Shown here: in pieces, positions 58,028-64,000 of the stretch
How the letters are laid out: each line of letters opens with the position of its first letter
Position numbering within the stretch: position 1 is the first letter of the stretch
NCBI GenBank assembly: GCA_018823045.1
Contig: JAHJIX010000024.1
Location: forward strand, 2,677-66,676
DNA: 64,000 nucleotides
From: Patescibacteria group bacterium
GTDB lineage: Bacteria > Patescibacteriota > Patescibacteriia > Magasanikbacterales > UBA922
Direction: 5' to 3'
Made by a program: the position numbers and the translations under genes
The notes under the pieces: generated by a model
Databases searched by the model: none
Told to the model about the DNA's origin: nothing
Seen by the model: the letters and a program-made list of their open reading frames with translations, nothing else

Positions 58028-58585
58028 TTATTCTGTCATTAAAGATGTAATGTACACATGGGCGCGTAAAATAAGCACGGCTGAAATACTCATCGTAATT
58101 TCTCCTCGATATGCCATATCGACTGCTTCGATAAATGGCACACGAATGCATTCCATGACTTCTTCTGGTGAATCAAGAACAATCTCTGGGACTTCTTGTA
58201 GTTCTGCCAAAAACAAATATTCTCGATGTGCAATATTACTTGTTAATCCAGAAGTAAACGATAGTGGAATAAGTCTCTCTGCCTTAATACCCAACTCTTC
58301 AAATAATTCTCTTTTCCCCGCTTCTTCTGGTGTTTCTCCTGCATCAATTTTTCCACCTGGAGTTTCTATACTATATCCACCATATCCTTGGCGATATTGT
58401 TTAACCAGATAAACATAACCTTCACTATCAATTGGAAGTACCGATGAACCAGTTCCTAAATCAGTGACGACAAATTGGTGTTCTTCTCCACGTTCATTAA
58501 TAATTGTATCTTCACGAATGCTTAAAAATTTATTTGTAAGAATCTCTTTGGATTTTTTTGTTTTCCATCCAGTTAATTTTGTCAT
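58028..58585 (-). CDS. Nudix hydrolase
   Basis: The Nudix box is GGKIDAGETPEEAGKRELFEELGI. It overlaps the upstream sucC-like gene by 4 nt and is 1 nt from sucD. Confidence 0.7.
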   Translation of the reverse strand: MTKLTGWKTKKSKEILTNKFLSIREDTIINERGEEHQFVVTDLGTGSSVLPIDSEGYVYLVKQYRQGYGGYSIETPGGKIDAGETPEEAGKRELFEELGIKAERLIPLSFTSGLTSNIAHREYLFLAELQEVPEIVLDSPEEVMECIRVPFIEAVDMAYRGEITMSISAVLILRAHVYITSLMTE

Positions 58586-59736
58586 ACAGTTGCGTTTACT
58601 TGTTCTGCTAATACTTTGGCACTCTCTGTCATACTCATTTCTTTACCAAAGAGTTGCATAGTTAAATTATTTCTTTTTGCACAATCTTCCATGAGTTGCA
58701 TACCTTCTTTTTCAAATGGGCCTGCACGACGCACAACAATTGGATATGTTGGTTTTACTTCATCAAGTGCGTCAACAATGCCTTGGAAGGTTTCTTTGAC
58801 ATTAGTGAAATTTGCTACTCCCCCTGCAATCCATAATCCTTTTAATCCTGGTTTTGATAAGACAATTTTTGCCAGTTGATGCACTTTTTCTCTTGGAGGA
58901 TTGCCTGAATATTCTGTATAATTTGCAGGCTTCAAACCTTGTTTAATGAGCGCATCCATATTTGCGATGCTTGCTCCCCCACCAGAAAATAAAATAGCGA
59001 TATCTCCATCCATTTCAATATATTTGCCAGCTGTTCCTTGATAATATTTTTCTCCTTGATCAATAGCTTCAACAGCAATCTCTCGCTCTGTTGGTGGGCG
59101 CCCCATCATGGTTCGTGATTCATAATGTACCCAATCTTCTTTGTGTCTAAATGAGGCATCATCATCAAGTGCAATTTTTGCGTCAGCTGCAATCCACTGT
59201 CCATCTTTTGTTTTTACAAGTGGATTAATTTCTACCAAACGCGCATCTTCTTCTAAAAAGCAATGCCACAGTTCATTTGCAAATGGAATATCTACATCAA
59301 TATCTTTTTGACGGATATCAAGTGCATGTCGTTCAATATGATCATCTGCTACATCTTCAATATCTACTCCACCTTGTTGGCTAAAAACCAGTACAGGTTG
59401 ATTGGTTTTTGTATCATAGGTAATAGAGAGATACGCTTCTGTAGCGATATCAAGCGCTTCTTCAACATAAACACTGGCAACGTACTGTCCATTAATTTGT
59501 GCCGTAAATAATTGCTCAACTGCAGCAACAACTTCTTTTTGGTTATTGCAAAAAAGAATGCCATTATTTTTTCCACGTTTACCCGAAAGCACTTGCGCTT
59601 TTACGACCACACGCTCGACCACTAAATCGTCATAGGCCAAAGCGATGTCCTCTCCACGATAAATAAGCACTGCTTTTGGAATAGCAATGCCTTGTTTTTT
59701 ATATAATTGTTTTCCTTCGTGTTCGTATAAATTCAT
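58582..59736 (-). CDS. sucC: succinyl-CoA synthetase beta-subunit homologue (ATP-grasp)
   Basis: MNLYEHEGKQLYKKQGIAIPK...VVKAQVLSGKRGKNNGI matches the SucC N-terminus. The length is 384 aa. Confidence 0.8.
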   Translation of the reverse strand: MNLYEHEGKQLYKKQGIAIPKAVLIYRGEDIALAYDDLVVERVVVKAQVLSGKRGKNNGILFCNNQKEVVAAVEQLFTAQINGQYVASVYVEEALDIATEAYLSITYDTKTNQPVLVFSQQGGVDIEDVADDHIERHALDIRQKDIDVDIPFANELWHCFLEEDARLVEINPLVKTKDGQWIAADAKIALDDDASFRHKEDWVHYESRTMMGRPPTEREIAVEAIDQGEKYYQGTAGKYIEMDGDIAILFSGGGASIANMDALIKQGLKPANYTEYSGNPPREKVHQLAKIVLSKPGLKGLWIAGGVANFTNVKETFQGIVDALDEVKPTYPIVVRRAGPFEKEGMQLMEDCAKRNNLTMQLFGKEMSMTESAKVLAEQVNATV

Positions 59737-59745
59737 AGACTTTTT

Positions 59746-60078
59746 TTAAAAATTCATACGGAACTCTTTTCCGTAATCAACAAAACCACTTTTTTCATAC
59801 CATGCATGAATTGCGGTTCTTTCATAGCGACTTGTTGCTACTAATTTATAACAACCAGCTTCTTTTGCTTCTTGAATTGCTCGTGTAAGTAACTGACCCC
59901 CATACCCTTTTCCACGACAAGTTTCTTCTACAAATAAATCTTCAATATATCCAAATGGTTCATCATGCAAATCATTATACATAATATAGACGGTAATTCG
60001 CCCAACTACCTGCTCTTGTTCGTGAGCAAGACATTTAATCGCATAATTACGTTGTTCTTTTTTTATTTGTATCTCCAT
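59746..60078 (-). CDS. GNAT-family N-acetyltransferase
   Basis: The acetyl-CoA binding motif is CRGKGYGGQLLTRAIQEAKEAG. The length is 110 aa. Confidence 0.6.
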   Translation of the reverse strand: MEIQIKKEQRNYAIKCLAHEQEQVVGRITVYIMYNDLHDEPFGYIEDLFVEETCRGKGYGGQLLTRAIQEAKEAGCYKLVATSRYERTAIHAWYEKSGFVDYGKEFRMNF

Positions 60079-60079
60079 A

Positions 60080-61063
60080 TTATTTTGATTGAATCACATC
60101 GTATAAAATTTGTGATAATTTTTTTGAACTCAAATCACCATCAGCGTGCTCAAATGACCTATTGATGATTGTATATCCTTCTAATTTTTCTCCATCATGC
60201 TTAATTAACGCACAATGATTTTTTTTATATAATTCCATTCTTCTTTTTGTACGACGTGCACTATTAAATACAACTGTATCAATTTTTCTTGGAAGATACG
60301 ATTCAAGTGTATGCACAAAGCCACTGAGCGTCGTAGGACCGGTTTCTTTTATTAAAGAATGGATGTTACCAGGAACGTGCACTAAACGTGCAGAAGACGC
60401 TTCAATAGCCTCATAAATGCCCTTTGGTAAAAGAGATGCAATCACACTCGTATGCAAACTCCCTGGTGAAAAAAAGATAACATCAGCTTCGCGAATAAGT
60501 GGTAAAATTTCTGGATACGCTTTTACTTCTGGCATAAGAGAAAGTCGTTTAATTTTTATCTGTCGATCATAATCAGGCTCATCAATATGATGCTCGCCTT
60601 TTATCACATCTCCATTAGATAATTCAGCCACCAAATGTGTTGGTTCAAGTGACACAGGATATGTTTTTCCTCCAGCTTCTACAGCGTGTTCGAGTAAACG
60701 AACAGCGGAAACAAAGTCTCCGCAATATTGTTCTGCAAGCACTAAAAATAAATTTCCCAAATTATGTCCTGCACAATTACCCATTTCTTTTGGAAAACGA
60801 TTCTTATAAAATATGTTTTTCATTCCCCCTTGTTTATATCCATATTGAGACAATGAAATAGCCGCACGCATAATATCTCCTGTCGGGAGCGTATTAAATT
60901 CTTCTCGCAATTTTCCTGAAGACCCACCAGAATCACTCATAGTAACCATTGCAGAAATATTTAATATATCTGCATGCTGTTTGAGTGCACGAAGAGTAAG
61001 CGCACTTCCATTTCCTCCCCCAAATACAACGACATTTAATTTTTTATTATCCATATTATTCAA
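60080..61063 (-). CDS. YvcK/CofD-family (UPF0052, gluconeogenesis-factor-like) protein
   Basis: VVVFGGGNGSALTLRALKQ and GSLHTSVIASLL. The length is 327 aa. It overlaps glmS by 8 nt. Confidence 0.65.
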   Translation of the reverse strand: MNNMDNKKLNVVVFGGGNGSALTLRALKQHADILNISAMVTMSDSGGSSGKLREEFNTLPTGDIMRAAISLSQYGYKQGGMKNIFYKNRFPKEMGNCAGHNLGNLFLVLAEQYCGDFVSAVRLLEHAVEAGGKTYPVSLEPTHLVAELSNGDVIKGEHHIDEPDYDRQIKIKRLSLMPEVKAYPEILPLIREADVIFFSPGSLHTSVIASLLPKGIYEAIEASSARLVHVPGNIHSLIKETGPTTLSGFVHTLESYLPRKIDTVVFNSARRTKRRMELYKKNHCALIKHDGEKLEGYTIINRSFEHADGDLSSKKLSQILYDVIQSK

Positions 61064-62903
61064 CAGTTACACTCTTTGCTAAATTTCGTGGACGATCGAC
61101 ATCACGCCCAAGAGCCACTGCCATATGATATGAAAACAATTGCAATGGAATATGATTTAAGAGTGGTTCAACTAATTCCATAGTTTCTGGCACAAAAATA
61201 ACATCATCAGCTAATTCATGTGCTCGATCATCTCCTTCTGTTGCAATCACAATCACTTTTCCTTTTCGTGCACGAATTTCTTCGATGTTACTTCTCATTT
61301 TATCATAAAGTTGATTTTTGGTCATGACAGCAATCGTTGGAAATGATTCATCAACAAGTGCCAAAGACCCATGCTTCATTTCTCCGCCAGGATACGCTTC
61401 ACTATGGCGGTAGGTAATTTCTTTTAATTTGAGTGATCCTTCAAGTGCAGTTGGATAATTAATTCCTCGACCAATGACAAAGAAATCTTCGTAATCTTTA
61501 TATGTTTCAGCTATGACTTTAATTGCATCACTTTGCTCTAAAATACGATTCATTTTTTGTGGTAACTCTAATAGTGCGTTTAACAATCTTTGGCCAGTGG
61601 CTAACGTTGTACGTTGCGCACGCCCAAATTGAAGTGCATACAGTAAAATAATTGCGACCATGTTCGTATATGCTTTGGTAGAAGCCACTGCCAACTCTGG
61701 CCCTGCATGAATGTATGTTCCACCATCAGTTTCACGAGCAATGGTAGAGCCAACACTATTGACAATACCACGAACAAACGCACCTTTTCTTTTTGCTTCA
61801 CGAAGGGCTGCTAATGTATCTGCTGTTTCTCCAGATTGAGAAATACCAAATACTAGCGTATGCTCATCAATGACTGCATCGCGATAGCGAAATTCACTCG
61901 CAACATCTACTTCTGTTGGGATGCCTGCCAAACGCTCAAATGCATATTTCCCGACCATACCTGCATGACTAGCAGTTCCGCACGCAATAAAAATGACACG
62001 ACGAACTTGCTTGATTTCATCATCAGTCATATTAAGACCACCTAATTTTCCTACACCTTCTTCTACATCATAGCGACCCCGAATCGCATCCTCAAATACG
62101 GTTGGTTGATCAAAAATTTCTTTCAGCATAAAATCTGCATAGCCTTGTTTCTCAGCTTCTTCTGCACTCCACTCAATTTCTTCAACTTCTTTTTCAATTA
62201 ACTCATGTGCTAATGTTTGTATTTCAATGGCATCTTGTGTAAGAATTGCAATTTCTCCATCATCTAAAAACATCATTTTTTTTGTGTAAGGTAAAATTGG
62301 CGTTGCATCACTTGCAATATAGTGCTCACCATCTCCGACACCCACAACAAGCGGACTCCCCATTCGTGCCGCGATAAGACAATTTGGGATATCTTTATGT
62401 AAAACAACAATTCCATAGGTTCCACGAACTTGCTTCAATGCTTCTTCTACTGCTTTAAGCAAATGTTCTTTTGTGTATGGTGCTGTTGATTCTAATAAGT
62501 GTTCACCAATCAAATGTGCCAAAATTTCAGAATCGGTCTCTGAGTTATATATGTGTTCACTCCCTAACTGTTCTTTTATTTCTCGATAATTTTCAATAAT
62601 TCCATTGTGCACTAACACTAACTTTTGTGATTGATCTGTATGTGGGTGTGCATTTTCTTCTGTTACTCCCCCATGTGTTGCCCAACGGGTATGCGCAATT
62701 CCAACTCCCCCAGGAAGATCTTCTGTTGCTGCCCGAGCAGCTAAATTTTCAATTTTTCCAACTGATCGCACACGCGCAAGAGTATCTCCATCTTGAATTG
62801 CAAGACCCGCACTATCATATCCACGATATTCTAAACGTCGAAGCCCTTGAAGTAAAATTGGGGCGGCTTCTTTTGAACCAATATAGCCAATAATTCCACA
62901 CAT
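61056..62903 (-). CDS. glmS: glutamine--fructose-6-phosphate aminotransferase
   Basis: MCGIIGYIG has the N-terminal nucleophile Cys2. There are two SIS domains, and the protein ends ...SVTVE. The length is 615 aa. Confidence 0.9.
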   Translation of the reverse strand: MCGIIGYIGSKEAAPILLQGLRRLEYRGYDSAGLAIQDGDTLARVRSVGKIENLAARAATEDLPGGVGIAHTRWATHGGVTEENAHPHTDQSQKLVLVHNGIIENYREIKEQLGSEHIYNSETDSEILAHLIGEHLLESTAPYTKEHLLKAVEEALKQVRGTYGIVVLHKDIPNCLIAARMGSPLVVGVGDGEHYIASDATPILPYTKKMMFLDDGEIAILTQDAIEIQTLAHELIEKEVEEIEWSAEEAEKQGYADFMLKEIFDQPTVFEDAIRGRYDVEEGVGKLGGLNMTDDEIKQVRRVIFIACGTASHAGMVGKYAFERLAGIPTEVDVASEFRYRDAVIDEHTLVFGISQSGETADTLAALREAKRKGAFVRGIVNSVGSTIARETDGGTYIHAGPELAVASTKAYTNMVAIILLYALQFGRAQRTTLATGQRLLNALLELPQKMNRILEQSDAIKVIAETYKDYEDFFVIGRGINYPTALEGSLKLKEITYRHSEAYPGGEMKHGSLALVDESFPTIAVMTKNQLYDKMRSNIEEIRARKGKVIVIATEGDDRAHELADDVIFVPETMELVEPLLNHIPLQLFSYHMAVALGRDVDRPRNLAKSVTVE

Positions 62904-62951
62904 ATATTTTGAAAATTATGAAGTATGAATGATAAATTATAAATGAAATCT

Positions 62952-63446
62952 TTATGACAGGTTCATGTGTAACCCAGCTTCAAATGATTTTTTATTTTCC
63001 TCCCATCCAGCTTTTTTAGAAAGCATGTTTTCTAACAGTATCAAAACAGCATCTTTTGTGATACCAATATTTTCTTTTTCTAATACTGTTGTCAACACTC
63101 CTAAGAAAAAAATATTTTGACTTCGTCTTGGTACTTGTGCCTCTTTGATCACTTCAGCATAATCAGCAATATCGATGACAATTGTATTATCACCCACAAA
63201 TTGTATTGTTCTCTCCCGTGCTTGAGGTGACAAAATGAGTAATAGATCTGCCGTTTTAAATTTTGGATATACAATAGGTGCCTCATCAATTTGAATAAAA
63301 TTAAGTGACACACCACCACGTTGTTCTAAACCATAATTTGGAATAGAGGTAACATGTTGTTCTGCATCAAATGCAACGGAACAAAGAATCTTTGCAATTA
63401 ATTGCACTCCTTGCCCGCCATCTCCTGAAAGTAATATGTTTTTCAT
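62952..63446 (-). CDS. 2-oxoacid:ferredoxin oxidoreductase gamma-subunit-like protein (stand-alone)
   Basis: ILLSGDGGQGVQLIAKIL...EQRGGVSLNFIQIDEAPIVYPKFKTADLLLIL matches the POR gamma pattern. No alpha/beta/delta partners are adjacent. Confidence 0.5.
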   Translation of the reverse strand: MKNILLSGDGGQGVQLIAKILCSVAFDAEQHVTSIPNYGLEQRGGVSLNFIQIDEAPIVYPKFKTADLLLILSPQARERTIQFVGDNTIVIDIADYAEVIKEAQVPRRSQNIFFLGVLTTVLEKENIGITKDAVLILLENMLSKKAGWEENKKSFEAGLHMNLS

Positions 63447-64000
63447 AGATTTAAAAAATATGTTGTTAGCTTTTCAAAAGAATTAAACTTAGCGACATAC
63501 TGTTCGGCATCACCAAAGCCATATGACACATACATAAAATCAATGCCCGCATTTTTTGCAGATAATTCATCTCCTGCAGTATCTCCCACATACACAGGAT
63601 GTTGTAAATCATACTTTTCTTTCATACGTATAAGCATTTGATCCTTTGGTAATCCTGACAAGCCATTACAATCCATACCAGAAATATATTGCACGATATC
63701 ACAATGTTCTAAAAATGTAGACAAATACCAATCTTGGCAATTACTTACCAAATAAATATCATACTTTTTTGCAAGTGCTTCAATTCCTGTCTTTACTCCC
63801 ACATAACAATCTCCACCTTCTTTTTTTATCACATTTAATTCACAAGCACTTACAGTATCAAGTAATGTCGGATGATTTTTTTGTAAACCAGGATAGGTAT
63901 ACTCTACACAAATTTCAAACGGAGCCCCTGCAACTTTTTTAACATCCTTATCCGTTACTTTTTTCTTAATCCCTAAAGATTTTGTTGCCTTGTTCCACCC
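63443..64000 (-). CDS. HAD-superfamily hydrolase, C-terminal part; the N-terminus lies beyond the window end
   Basis: The frame is open from 64000, with no stop. HAD motif III/IV reads YVGDTAGDELSAKNAGIDFMYVSYGFGD. The ORF track lists only the part from the internal GTG at 63832. Confidence 0.5.
   Translation of the reverse strand, partial: GWNKATKSLGIKKKVTDKDVKKVAGAPFEICVEYTYPGLQKNHPTLLDTVSACELNVIKKEGGDCYVGVKTGIEALAKKYDIYLVSNCQDWYLSTFLEHCDIVQYISGMDCNGLSGLPKDQMLIRMKEKYDLQHPVYVGDTAGDELSAKNAGIDFMYVSYGFGDAEQYVAKFNSFEKLTTYFLNL

Noticed and set aside
62952-63446. Considered calling a pyruvate:ferredoxin oxidoreductase operon
   Set aside because: Only a gamma-subunit-like ORF is present. The flanking genes are glmS and a HAD hydrolase, not alpha/beta/delta subunits. 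So only a family-level call is made.

Overview
The window is AT-rich and almost entirely minus-strand coding. It reads as a small-genome bacterium, possibly of the CPR/Patescibacteria type; that is an inference, not something I could test. The standard genetic code applies: TGA is used as a stop, and long ORFs are intact under code 11.

Housekeeping genes are confidently recognisable: rsmA, eno, pgk, gap, tsf, rpsB, uvrA, rplS, gmk, an RluA-family pseudouridine synthase, glmS, sucC/sucD-like genes, a Nudix hydrolase, a GNAT acetyltransferase, a YvcK/CofD-family protein, a PHP phosphoesterase, a POR-gamma-like protein and a partial HAD hydrolase.

Three tRNAs were found by hand:
- Two adjacent tRNA-Ser genes (GCU and UGA anticodons).
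- An unusual tRNA with a UAU anticodon, presumably Ile.

The accessory content is the most interesting part:
- A tightly packed minus-strand operon (about 8.0-19.5 kb) has a VirB6/TrbL-like polytopic protein, a VirB4-like ATPase, small membrane proteins and an acidic disordered protein. It ends in comFC, which is 2 nt from the preceding gene.
- That operon is preceded by a Fic-family gene with an N-terminal winged helix and a degenerate catalytic motif (QAFEDGNKR). Upstream of it sits a four-half-site 12-mer operator.
- A partial >1570-aa RHS/YD-repeat protein runs off the left edge. The ORF track does not list it.
- Two paralogous secreted proteins carry CBM4/9-like beta-sandwich modules.
- A giant (about 2929 aa) cysteine-rich surface protein is translationally coupled to a TSP3-repeat anchor gene.
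- A plus-strand island of small cysteine-rich lipoproteins and a MopE-repeat lipoprotein is interrupted by a complete IS30-family element. A DsbA-like gene lies a few kb downstream, separated by tsf and rpsB.

Other notable items:
- A GC-rich palindromic intergenic repeat occurs in two copies.
- An msrB gene has an in-frame TGA at the conserved Trp codon, so it is a pseudogene or a recoding candidate.
- A histone-H1-like Lys/Ala repeat gene is present.
- A sucC-Nudix-sucD-citrate-synthase-family cluster could be a citryl-CoA synthetase/lyase system.
- No CRISPR array or rRNA gene is seen.
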